Below are positions 46,434 through 56,132 of a stretch of 64,000 nucleotides of DNA, piece by piece. The notes beneath the pieces were generated by a model. The model was given only the letters and a program-made list of their open reading frames with translations. It was not told the DNA's origin and made no database searches. A program made the translations under genes and the position numbers. Source of the DNA: a virus; the IMG/VR virus record IMGVR_UViG_3300042888_000580, positions 12,107 to 76,106 of that record; one strand, 5' to 3'. Position 1 is the stretch's first letter. Each line of letters starts with the position of its first letter.

Positions 46434-46861
46434 TGTATATTGGTACAAGCCTCGGTGGTTGCTTACTTAGTTTGATGGCAAATGAAGTGTCCGAAAATCA
46501 GGTTATGTTCATTGTTACACGTACAATGTGCCCTGACTACAATACTTTTATACAAGTGGTAGAGCAATATTATGCAGAAGGTAATCCTTATGCTCGTAAT
46601 CCTGCACAATATGGTTTAAGTGATTATGACCTTACTAATGTAAAAGCTTTGGCAACTAGATTATATTATTCAGGTAGGATACACCAACCTAGAGTATTTG
46701 ATGACCAGGGCCGCAGGGAAGGTCATAGTTATATATACGATCATTCTGCAAAATTAGGTAAAGGATTGTGGATGCAAGTTGTCCCTACTAATGATAATTC
46801 TACCCCGGCAGTAGTTGAAGCTTGGGAGAAGTATAAGATGTTAGATAATTTAACAAAATGA
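46430..46861 (+). CDS. Hypothetical protein
   Basis: 143 aa, ATGA-coupled. Confidence 0.65.
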   Translation: MMYIGTSLGGCLLSLMANEVSENQVMFIVTRTMCPDYNTFIQVVEQYYAEGNPYARNPAQYGLSDYDLTNVKALATRLYYSGRIHQPRVFDDQGRREGHSYIYDHSAKLGKGLWMQVVPTNDNSTPAVVEAWEKYKMLDNLTK

Positions 46862-47109
46862 TTGAATATCAGTTAGATCCTATTACTTGGTTTAGTGAGA
46901 GAGAATTACATTATACTCCCAAACACTTTGTAGTAACGTCACATCCGTGTACATCGGAATCTAAACAATGGGTACTAGATAAATTGAGTGGTAGATTTAG
47001 TGTTACATATCCTATTGTTAGTAGTAGTTTACTTGAATTAATGACACCTAGTTGTATTGCATTTGAAGATCCACAAGAAGCAGTTTTTTATGAACTTAAA
47101 TGGTCATAA
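46858..47109 (+). CDS. Hypothetical protein
   Basis: 83 aa ending FEDPQEAVFYELKWS. Confidence 0.65.
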   Translation: MIEYQLDPITWFSERELHYTPKHFVVTSHPCTSESKQWVLDKLSGRFSVTYPIVSSSLLELMTPSCIAFEDPQEAVFYELKWS

Positions 47110-47184
47110 ATGGGCATATGGAAATTTTGTAGAGAACAAATTTCTTATTAAATAACTATAAGCATATTACAAGGAGAACATAAT

Positions 47185-47892
47185 ATGAGTTTTACAAGAC
47201 ACGTAGGAAAACACGGGGACAGAAAAGTAGCTGTAGTATTCCGAGAAGTACCGGGCGAGCCTCATATGTGCTTAGTAACATATACGGAAACAATTAATAA
47301 AAATATCCATGATTCATTGATTAGATGTATTGAAAGTGACATTGGGCAAAATAGTGAAAATTTAGCTGATGCATTAAACCGTAGCTACACACAAGATGGT
47401 AGACCAATATTGCAAGTTTTACATTCTGAAAGTCAACTAAAGAAAGTTAACACAGAAATGATTTTAATGACACCTGCACCAAACACACGTATTAAGTTAA
47501 ATGAACTTAATAAAATTTTAGATGAAATGAAATTAGGTGAAGATGCTGTTAAACGTATGGCTGAATTAGATCAAAGCCGTGGCATGCAAGATCCAGCTGA
47601 TGTAGCACGTAGAATGCGTGGCCCACAAGGTAAACAACCTCCAGTTGTTGCCCCATCAGGTGATGCATTGGGTGATGCGTCATTAGCTAAACAACGTATT
47701 GAACAAGCACAAAAAATGGAACGTGAAGCTAAAGGCTTATTAGCTGAAGCACAACGTTTAACTTCAGAAGCACAAACACTAGATCCATCATTAGCTCCTA
47801 AACCAGCTAAAGCTAAAAAGGCAGCAGTTGTAGCTGAAGTAGCGACCCCTGCAAAGAAAAAAACTACAAAAAAAATAACTAATGTCGCCTGA
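47185..47892 (+). CDS. Hypothetical late protein with basic K/A-rich tail
   Basis: TAAATA at 47149; AAGGAG RBS. Confidence 0.7.
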   Translation: MSFTRHVGKHGDRKVAVVFREVPGEPHMCLVTYTETINKNIHDSLIRCIESDIGQNSENLADALNRSYTQDGRPILQVLHSESQLKKVNTEMILMTPAPNTRIKLNELNKILDEMKLGEDAVKRMAELDQSRGMQDPADVARRMRGPQGKQPPVVAPSGDALGDASLAKQRIEQAQKMEREAKGLLAEAQRLTSEAQTLDPSLAPKPAKAKKAAVVAEVATPAKKKTTKKITNVA

Positions 47893-48178
47893 TTTTATCG
47901 ATAAATGGGAACACATCCTTGAAGATGTGGAGAAGAACAAAATACCGGTAGAGTTTATTAAAAAATTAATTATTAAACTAACTGGTAAGAAGCAACAAAC
48001 AATTAATATTAAAAGGTTACTTCAACAAGGTTTGGATCCAGATCAAGTAGAAGATGCTGTTAGTCGTAAGTTAAATGAGTTGGAAGATTCTATTGTAAGT
48101 GTAGAATTTGTTCTTAATGTACAAAGTATAGCAGATACTGTGCAACCAGAAACTGATAGACTATTAGGTAAACTTTAA
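47882..48178 (+). CDS. Hypothetical protein
   Basis: 98 aa, overlaps the upstream gene, followed by a terminator. Confidence 0.65.
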   Translation: MSPDFIDKWEHILEDVEKNKIPVEFIKKLIIKLTGKKQQTINIKRLLQQGLDPDQVEDAVSRKLNELEDSIVSVEFVLNVQSIADTVQPETDRLLGKL

Positions 48179-48185
48179 TTACTTC

Positions 48186-48212
48186 AAAAAGCCCTGATTA
48201 GTCGGGGCTTTT
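48186..48212 (+). terminator. Intrinsic terminator
   Basis: AAAAAGCCCTGA-TTAG-TCGGGGCTTTT hairpin with G.U pairs. Confidence 0.7.
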
Positions 48213-48236
48213 CTTATTAACATGATATAATAATTT

Positions 48237-49136
48237 ATGAAACAATACTTAGAATTAATACAAGATATACTAGACAACGGGGAAATTAAAGATGATAGAA
48301 CTGGTGTTGGCACAATTTCTTTATTTGCTAGACAGTTAAGATTTGATTTGCGTAGGGGCTTTCCCGCAGTCACTACTAAAAAACTTGCTTGGAAAGCTTG
48401 CGTCGGTGAGCTTCTCTGGTTTATTGAAGGATCTAGTGATGATCGTAGACTGGCAGAACTTACCCACGGTAGTAGTGAAGGAAAGACTACTATCTGGACC
48501 CCGAATGCAGAGGCACCGTATTGGAAACACAAAGCAAAATTTGAAGGTGATCTCGGTCGTGTCTATGGGGTACAATGGCGTCACTGGAATATGTACCGCA
48601 CAGAAAAAGACATGGGCCCAGCACACAAAGGTGGTACCCGCCTCGCTGTTGATAAAACAGAAGTCGACCAATTGGCAAATCTCATTAAAGGATTAATTGA
48701 AGATCCTAATGGGCGCAGGCACATACTAAGTGCTTGGAACGTGAGCGAGTTAGACCAAATGGCATTGCCCCCTTGTCACGTTATGAGCCAATTCTATGTT
48801 AACAAAAATCGTGAACTATCTTGCCATATGTACCAAAGATCAGTGGATGTTTTTTTAGGACTCCCCTTCAATATTGCTAGTTATGCACTACTTACACATC
48901 TATTGGCACATCACTGTGATTTAAAAGTAGGGGAGCTTGTAATTAGTACAGGTGATACACATATCTATAAAGACCATATTGAACAAGTTAAAGAACAACT
49001 GTGTCGTGAACCTCATCCACTACCAACATTGATGTTGAATGCATCAAAGAATAGTATCTTTGATATGACAATGGAAGATATACATTTGGAGAACTATCAA
49101 AGTGATGGCCCTATCAAAGCAACAATGGCAGTCTAA
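48237..49136 (+). CDS. thyA: Thymidylate synthase
   Basis: DRTGVGT; ELLWFI; MALPPCH; YQRSVDVFLGLPFNIASY; GDTHIY. Confidence 0.96.
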   Translation: MKQYLELIQDILDNGEIKDDRTGVGTISLFARQLRFDLRRGFPAVTTKKLAWKACVGELLWFIEGSSDDRRLAELTHGSSEGKTTIWTPNAEAPYWKHKAKFEGDLGRVYGVQWRHWNMYRTEKDMGPAHKGGTRLAVDKTEVDQLANLIKGLIEDPNGRRHILSAWNVSELDQMALPPCHVMSQFYVNKNRELSCHMYQRSVDVFLGLPFNIASYALLTHLLAHHCDLKVGELVISTGDTHIYKDHIEQVKEQLCREPHPLPTLMLNASKNSIFDMTMEDIHLENYQSDGPIKATMAV

Positions 49137-49437
49137 AGACGAATTTACTAGACCCAAGTATCAGGTACAAGTATCTGATACAGGAGAAGAATCAGTATCT
49201 ATTACTCAGGTAGTTCATACTATTAGAATGGGTGATGTTGAAGATCCTGATTTGTATGTAGCACAGCCTATATATGAATGGCAACAGACAGAAGAAGGTA
49301 AGTGGATAATGGAAAACTCTAATCCTACACCCAGTTGGCATCGTAACAATGACTTATACGATTATAGTTATGTATATCATATTAGAGCATATCTAACACA
49401 CAAACAATTAACATTTTGGAAATTAAAATATGAGTAA
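49105..49437 (+). CDS. Hypothetical protein (start uncertain)
   Basis: MGDVEDPDLYVAQPIYEWQ...TFWKLKYE. Confidence 0.6.
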   Translation: MALSKQQWQSKDEFTRPKYQVQVSDTGEESVSITQVVHTIRMGDVEDPDLYVAQPIYEWQQTEEGKWIMENSNPTPSWHRNNDLYDYSYVYHIRAYLTHKQLTFWKLKYE

Positions 49438-50398
49438 TATACTAGTTACAGGCGGATTAGGACTAATTGGACATAACGTAGTAAATAAACTACAAAAACA
49501 AGGACACAGTGTTGTAATTACAGATACTCGCACTACTTATGGTATCATCCCACAAGATGAAATTGATTATCTAATGACTGAACGACTAAAAAAGATTCAA
49601 CCAGGACAAATTCACGCTGTAGATATTGTTAGTGATAGTATTGATTGGTTGTTTGGTAGATATAAGTTTGATATTGTAATACATATGGCAAGCTTTCCTA
49701 GACAAAAAGTTGTTAATGCTAATCCTAGACTAGGAGCACAAACAATGATGGAAGGACTATTGAACTTATGTGAAGCAAGTAAAAAACATAATGTAAAGAA
49801 GTTCATTTACATTAGTTCAAGCATGGTATACGGAGATTTTACTAATGATGTGACTGAGGACTATGACTGTAAACCACAAGGTCAATATGGAATTATGAAA
49901 TTAGCAGGTGAATATCTTGTTAAAGACTACAGCCGTCGTAATTGTTTTAGTCACACTATTATACGTCCTAGTGCAGTATATGGTCCGTTAGATGTTGAAG
50001 ATAGAGTTATTGCTAAGTTTATGCTCACAGCTATGCGAGGTGGTACACTAAATGTCAATGGTGTAAATGAAACACTTGATTTTACATATGTTGACGATGC
50101 CGCAGATGGTATTGTTGCAGCCGCACTAAGTGATAATACAGTAAACAAAACATACAACATTACAAAGAGCCATAGTCGCACATTGTTAGAAGCCGCACAA
50201 TTAGCATTGAAGTTAGTAGGTGGAGGTACATTAGTAGTTAAAGATAAAGATGCTGATTTTCCTAGTCGAGGTGCATTGAACATTGATGCCGCTCGTAGAG
50301 ACTTTGGATATGATCCTAAAATAGATGTAGAAGAAGGCTTTCAGAAATATTATGATTGGCTTAGTACATCAAGTTATTGGCAAGATAAAATAAAATGA
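49430..50398 (+). CDS. NAD-dependent NDP-sugar epimerase/dehydratase (extended SDR)
   Basis: TGGLGLIG; SSSMVYG; YGIMK; DFTYVDD. Confidence 0.92.
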   Translation: MSNILVTGGLGLIGHNVVNKLQKQGHSVVITDTRTTYGIIPQDEIDYLMTERLKKIQPGQIHAVDIVSDSIDWLFGRYKFDIVIHMASFPRQKVVNANPRLGAQTMMEGLLNLCEASKKHNVKKFIYISSSMVYGDFTNDVTEDYDCKPQGQYGIMKLAGEYLVKDYSRRNCFSHTIIRPSAVYGPLDVEDRVIAKFMLTAMRGGTLNVNGVNETLDFTYVDDAADGIVAAALSDNTVNKTYNITKSHSRTLLEAAQLALKLVGGGTLVVKDKDADFPSRGALNIDAARRDFGYDPKIDVEEGFQKYYDWLSTSSYWQDKIK

Positions 50399-50607
50399 AC
50401 GAATTAGAAACCGCATTAAAAGCACACGATTGGACTCTAAATGGATATAAATCTAGAGTCAACATAGACAAGTTGATGAAAGAAAACATCGAACAATCAA
50501 AATTGTTATGGGAACAATATTGTCCATGGTCTGTTGCTAATGGCGGATATATAGCTTGGGCAAAAAATGCAAATTCCTCACTTTGGTCTAGTAAGACAGT
50601 ACAGTAA
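50395..50607 (+). CDS. Hypothetical protein
   Basis: 70 aa, overlaps both neighbours. Confidence 0.5.
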   Translation: MNELETALKAHDWTLNGYKSRVNIDKLMKENIEQSKLLWEQYCPWSVANGGYIAWAKNANSSLWSSKTVQ

Positions 50608-51625
50608 TTTAAGAGATGAGTTACTAGATGCCACAGACCGTGCCCTCAAAGACGGGAAGTTAGTAGGTGGACATTATACCCGTTCGTTTGAAGAATGGCT
50701 CAAACATCGTACTAAAACAAAATATGCTATAACAGTACATTCAGGTACACAAGCGTTAGAGATTATTGCCCGTTGGAAAAAGATTAAACATAGCGAGACT
50801 ATGGAGGGTAATCCAACAATTCGCATCCCCAATCTAACTTATCCAGCTACATTAAATGCCTTTCTTACAGCCGGATGGGATATTGAATTAGCTGATACTG
50901 ATAACACAGGAGTTATTAAACTTGAAACTGGCCGAGGTGGAATATATGATTGTGTAATGGGTTTTGCTGGACGTAAACCCTGGCCTAATGCTAGTTATTC
51001 AAATGCTTATGGAGTAATAGTTGACGGAGCACAACATTGGTTAGCATGTGAGGGTGATGTAGGTAGCGGAATGTCAATTAGTTTTGATCCTACAAAGAAC
51101 TTACCTAGTTCGGGTAACGGTGGTGCTATTGTAACCAATGATGAAAAATTATACCTTTACGCATCAAGTTACAGAGATAACAACAAACCCTATTTCCATG
51201 ATGCTGGATCTAATAGTAAGATGAGTGAACAAGATTGTGCTCAAATTCTTGTTAGAGTAAAATACATAGATGAGTGGCAAAAACGTAGAAGTGATATAGC
51301 AAAATACTGGTGTGATAAATTTAAAGAATTGCCAGTAACTTGTCTATCAGATACCAAAGATCCACACTCACATCAAAAATTTGTTATGTATCTTGCTGAT
51401 AGAAATGATCTACATACTCATTTATTAGCTGAAGGAATTGATAGTAAAATTCATTATGAGTACGTACTGGGTGATTTACCGATTGGTAAAGATTTATCTA
51501 AGCCCGACTTGTTAAGCAATAGTGTATTATTATCTAGAGGTGTGTTAAGTTTGCCTATGTATCCAGAGTTAACCGATAGTGAGATAGATTATATTGTAAG
51601 TAGAGTTATAGAATTCTATAAATAG
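50567..51625 (+). CDS. DegT/DnrJ/EryC1/StrS-family PLP sugar aminotransferase
   Basis: SGTQAL; DGAQ; SFDPTKNL (PLP lysine); GGAIVTND; LSLPMYPEL. Confidence 0.92.
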   Translation: MQIPHFGLVRQYSNLRDELLDATDRALKDGKLVGGHYTRSFEEWLKHRTKTKYAITVHSGTQALEIIARWKKIKHSETMEGNPTIRIPNLTYPATLNAFLTAGWDIELADTDNTGVIKLETGRGGIYDCVMGFAGRKPWPNASYSNAYGVIVDGAQHWLACEGDVGSGMSISFDPTKNLPSSGNGGAIVTNDEKLYLYASSYRDNNKPYFHDAGSNSKMSEQDCAQILVRVKYIDEWQKRRSDIAKYWCDKFKELPVTCLSDTKDPHSHQKFVMYLADRNDLHTHLLAEGIDSKIHYEYVLGDLPIGKDLSKPDLLSNSVLLSRGVLSLPMYPELTDSEIDYIVSRVIEFYK

Positions 51626-51628
51626 TTA

Positions 51629-52612
51629 ATGAAAATATTCCCAATCAAAGTAGAAAAAGCAACAAAAGCAGACTATAAATTTATTGAATGGAAAATACAT
51701 AATGTATGTAACCATAATTGTAGTTTCTGCGGTAATCAACATAAAGACGGAAGTCAACGTTGGTTTAGTTTAGAAAAATATAAAGAATACACTGATAAAT
51801 TAATTGAAGCCTGCGGAGATATGCCATTTTGGATTCAAATTACAGGTGGTGAACCTACACTATATCCTGATCTTATTCCTTTATTAGCATATATGAAGTC
51901 TAAGGGAGCAATGATAAGTATGATATCAAATGGCTCACGAACTATTAGGTGGTGGAAAGAGTTACAAGAATTAAAAATAATAGATTATTTGTTTTTAACA
52001 TACCATAGTGAACAAACAAATGATTATCATCATATTACAGAAGTTATGAATTTATTTCATGATGAAACCACCGAAGTAATATGTTTAATTACTCATGTAT
52101 ATAATACATTAGATAAAGCGTTTGAAGCACAAGAATATTTAATTGAAAATACCGGAGCAATTATAACACTTAAAGCAATGATGATAGGAAATCAAGATAT
52201 ATATTCAAAATATACAACCGAACAAATAACTAAATTAAAATCTGAAAATTGGTTACCCGGAAAAAATAGAGATACTAAAGCAAAATCTTTAATAGAACCT
52301 AAATATAAAATAAATCACACCTTAAAAATAACATATAATAACGACCTTTCTTTTAATATTGATCCTCAATTATTAATGAAACAACAAAAAAACAAATTTT
52401 TAGGTTGGGATTGTAACATAGGATCATTTACTATGAGAATTGACCATGATGTTCTATACCGCGGCGTATGCGAACAAGGTGAAAAACGTAGTATATATGA
52501 TAATATATCATTTATTGACACTTACATACCTTGTAAAATTGAACAATGTTTTTGTGGTACAGATATGATAGCAACTAAAGTACTTCCTAAGAGTATGTAT
52601 CCCCTGGCATAA
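51629..52612 (+). CDS. Radical SAM protein, paralog of 20757
   Basis: CNHNCSFC; TGGEPT; GWDCNIG...VC...CKIEQCFC. Confidence 0.88.
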   Translation: MKIFPIKVEKATKADYKFIEWKIHNVCNHNCSFCGNQHKDGSQRWFSLEKYKEYTDKLIEACGDMPFWIQITGGEPTLYPDLIPLLAYMKSKGAMISMISNGSRTIRWWKELQELKIIDYLFLTYHSEQTNDYHHITEVMNLFHDETTEVICLITHVYNTLDKAFEAQEYLIENTGAIITLKAMMIGNQDIYSKYTTEQITKLKSENWLPGKNRDTKAKSLIEPKYKINHTLKITYNNDLSFNIDPQLLMKQQKNKFLGWDCNIGSFTMRIDHDVLYRGVCEQGEKRSIYDNISFIDTYIPCKIEQCFCGTDMIATKVLPKSMYPLA

Positions 52613-52623
52613 ATAAGGATACT

Positions 52624-53082
52624 ATGTGGATACTATCAATACTACCCGACGCCGCAATACATATAATCTTTGGATTAGGTATTTTGGGCACAATAGCAGG
52701 ATTCGTCCTAGGATTCATTCCTTTTGTCAAAACATATCAATTTGCTATACAAATATGTAGCATTATTGTACTTGTAATTGGTGTATATCTTGAGGGCGGA
52801 TTAGCCGACTATAAAGAGTGGGAACTTAAAATTAAAGAAATGGAAGCTAAAGTAGCACAAGCTGAAGCTAAATCAGCTATTACTAATGTAGAGATCCAAG
52901 AAAAAGTTGTAGAAAAGACTAAGGTTATCCGTGAAAAGGGTCGTGATGTTATTAAGTACATTGATAAAGAAGTAGTCAAAAAAGAGGAAGTTATCAAGTA
53001 TATTGAGAACTGCCCTGTCCCTAAAGAAATTATAGACCTACATAATCAAGCTACTGAGTTGAATAAGGCAGCTACAAAATGA
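52624..53082 (+). CDS. Putative inner-membrane spanin (Rz-like)
   Basis: N-terminal TM segments, coiled coil and C-terminal Cys (NCPVP); ATGA overlap with a lipoprotein gene. Confidence 0.65.
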   Translation: MWILSILPDAAIHIIFGLGILGTIAGFVLGFIPFVKTYQFAIQICSIIVLVIGVYLEGGLADYKEWELKIKEMEAKVAQAEAKSAITNVEIQEKVVEKTKVIREKGRDVIKYIDKEVVKKEEVIKYIENCPVPKEIIDLHNQATELNKAATK

Positions 53083-53339
53083 AATATCTTTTAATCATTT
53101 TATTATTAGCCGGTTGCACAACCACTGTCCCAGTAAAACAAAAATTCCCTAATGCTACTCCTGAACTTATGAAGAAATGTGAAAGTCTTAAAAAGATTGA
53201 GGGCGATAAAGTAGCAATTACTGATATGCTAAAAGTCATTGTACATAACTATTCACTATACCACGAATGCTCAACTAAGGTAGATGGATGGCAAGATTGG
53301 TATAACGAACAGAAAAAGATATTTGACAACGTAAAATAA
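53079..53339 (+). CDS. Putative outer-membrane spanin (Rz1-like lipoprotein)
   Basis: Lipobox LLAGC; P..PELMKKC...NYSLYHEC. Confidence 0.7.
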   Translation: MKYLLIILLLAGCTTTVPVKQKFPNATPELMKKCESLKKIEGDKVAITDMLKVIVHNYSLYHECSTKVDGWQDWYNEQKKIFDNVK

Positions 53340-53348
53340 TAGCATATT

Positions 53349-53609
53349 ATGAAGTATTTGATATTATTGAGTGTATTGTTGGTCGGCTGTACTACCAACA
53401 AAGATTTTGAGTTATACCTAGAAGCACAGAAATCTATAAGCAGAGATGCTACAATGAGCGAAGCCGCACGTATTTCTGTATTGATTGATATGACCAAGAG
53501 TGCTGACAATCAAGTAAAAATGGAAGCAATCAGAGCATTACAAGAGATCCAGCGTAGTAAAACCCCTATAGTTATAGAAGCTCCAAAGAAGAATTGGTTC
53601 GGCTTTTGA
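53349..53609 (+). CDS. Lipoprotein
   Basis: Signal peptide with lipobox LLVGC. Confidence 0.65.
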   Translation: MKYLILLSVLLVGCTTNKDFELYLEAQKSISRDATMSEAARISVLIDMTKSADNQVKMEAIRALQEIQRSKTPIVIEAPKKNWFGF

Positions 53610-53637
53610 TAAATACTCTATAGGTCTAGGATTTTAC

Positions 53638-54522
53638 ATGACACAAGAATTTATTAATACGGGTGATTCGGCAAATAATGCCAATGTAGATCCATTAAGT
53701 ACGGCTTTTGCTAATGTAGCTAATAATGTCTTTTCTTTACCGACCAGTGATTCTAACCTTCCTGCAGTAGTTGAAGTAATCAATCCTACAAGTCAAGCTA
53801 CTAATACTAGCAATACTAATAACCTCAATATCGGTAATGTTTATATTACTAATAGATTTGACAGCAGGGCAAATAATCCAGTACTTATTAGACAAAAGCA
53901 AAGAGTCACTCCACCAGTTACACTTACTGCAATAGAAACAACTGATTCTACTCCGGCTCTTTCCATAAATTCAACTATATATGGTAGCCAAGAATATATT
54001 AACATTGGTGAAACACCTAATGATGGTAACGGTGATCCTTTAAGGGTTGCATTTGGTAAAATTAATAACAATTTTTCAAATTTATTTTTTACTACTACAA
54101 CTACCAGTACAGCATATACGTCCGGAAATGCACAGAGTCAAGTTATATTAGAAGTCCCTATAACACAGTTCTATCAAGGTGAATTTCAAATTCGTTCAAG
54201 TGATTCAGGCACACCCGACATGCAAAACATCACACTTAGTGCAAGTATTACCAATAATCTTGCTGGCGTAAGATTTAGTGGACATTCTACATTATTTCAA
54301 GGTAATGCTATTTGTAGATATGATATGGATGTATCAGCCGGAAATGTTAGAATTTTAATAAATCCTTTACTAGATATAGGAATTGAACATTTTATATCAG
54401 CATTTGTAACTTATCCTGATCAAGTAGTAGTATCGGGTATTGAGATTGCATTAGACGGTTATGCTAATGGTTATCTAATGGGAACTGAAAACGAATTGAT
54501 ATTAACAACGGAATCAGAATGA
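53638..54522 (+). CDS. Virion protein with T4 gp9/gp10-like motif
   Basis: INIGETPNDGNGDPLRVAFGKINNNFSNL; TAAATA at 53610. Confidence 0.65.
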   Translation: MTQEFINTGDSANNANVDPLSTAFANVANNVFSLPTSDSNLPAVVEVINPTSQATNTSNTNNLNIGNVYITNRFDSRANNPVLIRQKQRVTPPVTLTAIETTDSTPALSINSTIYGSQEYINIGETPNDGNGDPLRVAFGKINNNFSNLFFTTTTTSTAYTSGNAQSQVILEVPITQFYQGEFQIRSSDSGTPDMQNITLSASITNNLAGVRFSGHSTLFQGNAICRYDMDVSAGNVRILINPLLDIGIEHFISAFVTYPDQVVVSGIEIALDGYANGYLMGTENELILTTESE

Positions 54523-54926
54523 GAGCAAAAGAATTTATAACTGAAACTACGTTGAGTAAAGTACACGATGGTCTTGATGTGGTATCTGTGACCCTTCCTA
54601 ACACGTATATTATTCCAGAGTTAAAGAACAATGACTTCTATAATTTATATCGTTTTGGTGTAGCAATTGCCGCAGTAAGAGGTGAAAGTGGACACGATAA
54701 TGTACAGTCTGGATTAGAGCCTAAGTTTAGGGCAGAAAGTAGTTGGGGAGAACATCAGGTTGTATCATCTCAGTTTGACAAAGAACTTGGTAAAACTATT
54801 GACCAAGCATTACAGAAAGTTGGAAAAGCCGGCAAAAAATCAGTAAGTTCATTCGGAAGCAATGAGATGGACGATACCTTAACTCAGTCACCGATTAGAG
54901 GATTCAAAGGATACAAAAGAAAATGA
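54519..54926 (+). CDS. Putative internal head protein
   Basis: MRAKEFITE N-terminus; ends FKGYKRK; paralog of the next gene. Confidence 0.55.
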   Translation: MRAKEFITETTLSKVHDGLDVVSVTLPNTYIIPELKNNDFYNLYRFGVAIAAVRGESGHDNVQSGLEPKFRAESSWGEHQVVSSQFDKELGKTIDQALQKVGKAGKKSVSSFGSNEMDDTLTQSPIRGFKGYKRK

Positions 54927-55300
54927 GAGCAAAAGAATTTGTATCCGAATCCAAGGTTGGTAAAATATCTAACCAACAGCAACAAGCTACCCGCGGGTTA
55001 AATGTTTTTTCAAAAAAAATAGACAGCTACGATAGAATATATGATTTGAATCGTTTAATGATGGCTGTAGCAAGTAGTGATGGAATAAACCCAATAGAAA
55101 TGAATGCTGAAAGTTGGGTAGGTAAACACAACACCGCACATCCTTATACTGAAGAAGAACAAGATATGCTTATATTAGCATACAAGGCTGCCGGCCTAGA
55201 GTATAAAGACTTAAATAACGGTAATTTAGATAGTGAAGAATTAGTAAGTACAAATGTTCAAAGCATAGTTAAACCTTTTAAGGGTTATAAAAGAAAATAA
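54923..55300 (+). CDS. Putative internal head protein
   Basis: MRAKEFVSE N-terminus; ends FKGYKRK. Confidence 0.55.
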   Translation: MRAKEFVSESKVGKISNQQQQATRGLNVFSKKIDSYDRIYDLNRLMMAVASSDGINPIEMNAESWVGKHNTAHPYTEEEQDMLILAYKAAGLEYKDLNNGNLDSEELVSTNVQSIVKPFKGYKRK

Positions 55301-55352
55301 TTTAAGTCATGTCATTTAGAATAAGTAATTATATCAAATTACAGGATTATAA

Positions 55353-56069
55353 ATGATTGATATCAATAACACGCTTGACTTAGTTAAACTAAAATTTTAT
55401 AACGAATGGTTATATATAGCCCATATATATGAAGAAGGTGATAGTCAAATGCACAAAGATTTGACTAGAACGGTGGTTGAAAAATATATCGATCCACTAA
55501 CAATACAAAAAAATGCAAAAATACTTGATTTAGGATGCGGCCCGGGCTACTTCTTAGATTTAATGAAAGAACGCGGATACACTGATCTTACCGGAGTAAC
55601 ACTAAGTCCAGGTGATATTAAAATATGTGAAGATAAGGGTCATAAAATTGCAAAATATGATTTCAGTTTCTTGCCACAAAAAGACGGCTATTATGATGAA
55701 TCCATTGATTTTATTTTTCTACGACAAGCACTAGAACATAGTCCGTACCCTATCTTTACACTAATGGAATATAATCGTGTTCTTAAACAAGGTAGTAAAA
55801 TTTATATAGAAGTACCTGCAGTTAATCAACCCCGTAAACATGAATGGAATAACAATCACTATAGTATTTTAGGCAATGAACAACTAGCCGCATTGTTAAA
55901 TCGTACTGGATTTAGTGTTAACACATTTGATAATTTTCAATTTGAGTTAAATGTACCAATAGACGGTGTCGAAAGAGTAGATGCTAATGATCCTAGTACA
56001 TATACTACTGTAATTGAAACTTATCTTTGTATTGTTGCTACTAAAGAACGACCGTTAGATATCAAATAA
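55353..56069 (+). CDS. Class I SAM-dependent methyltransferase
   Basis: ILDLGCGPG; DFIFLRQALEH; RVLKQGSKIYIEVP. Confidence 0.88.
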   Translation: MIDINNTLDLVKLKFYNEWLYIAHIYEEGDSQMHKDLTRTVVEKYIDPLTIQKNAKILDLGCGPGYFLDLMKERGYTDLTGVTLSPGDIKICEDKGHKIAKYDFSFLPQKDGYYDESIDFIFLRQALEHSPYPIFTLMEYNRVLKQGSKIYIEVPAVNQPRKHEWNNNHYSILGNEQLAALLNRTGFSVNTFDNFQFELNVPIDGVERVDANDPSTYTTVIETYLCIVATKERPLDIK

Positions 56070-56073
56070 CATT

Positions 56074-56096
56074 AAGCACTCTAAGGAGTGCTTTTT
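56074..56096 (+). terminator. Intrinsic terminator
   Basis: AAGCACTC-TAAG-GAGTGCTTTTT. Confidence 0.75.
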
Positions 56097-56118
56097 AATA
56101 ACATTCCTAAATTACTCA

Positions 56119-56126
56119 TATAAATA
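56119..56126 (+). promoter_or_regulatory. T4-like late promoter TATAAATA (one of about 18 TAAATA/TAAGTA sites)
   Basis: Also at 14623, 15406, 17624, 28159, 32108, 32416, 33037, 37669, 38157, 39416, 39721, 47149, 51619, 52610, 53610, 55322 and 57692, each just upstream of a gene start. Confidence 0.75.
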
Positions 56127-56132
56127 CTTGTT

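Noticed and set aside
48237-49136. Base-modifying thymidylate synthase homolog (dCMP hydroxymethylase type)
   Set aside because: It keeps the canonical PCH motif and the dUMP-specifying Asn (PFNIASY), so it looks like ordinary ThyA.
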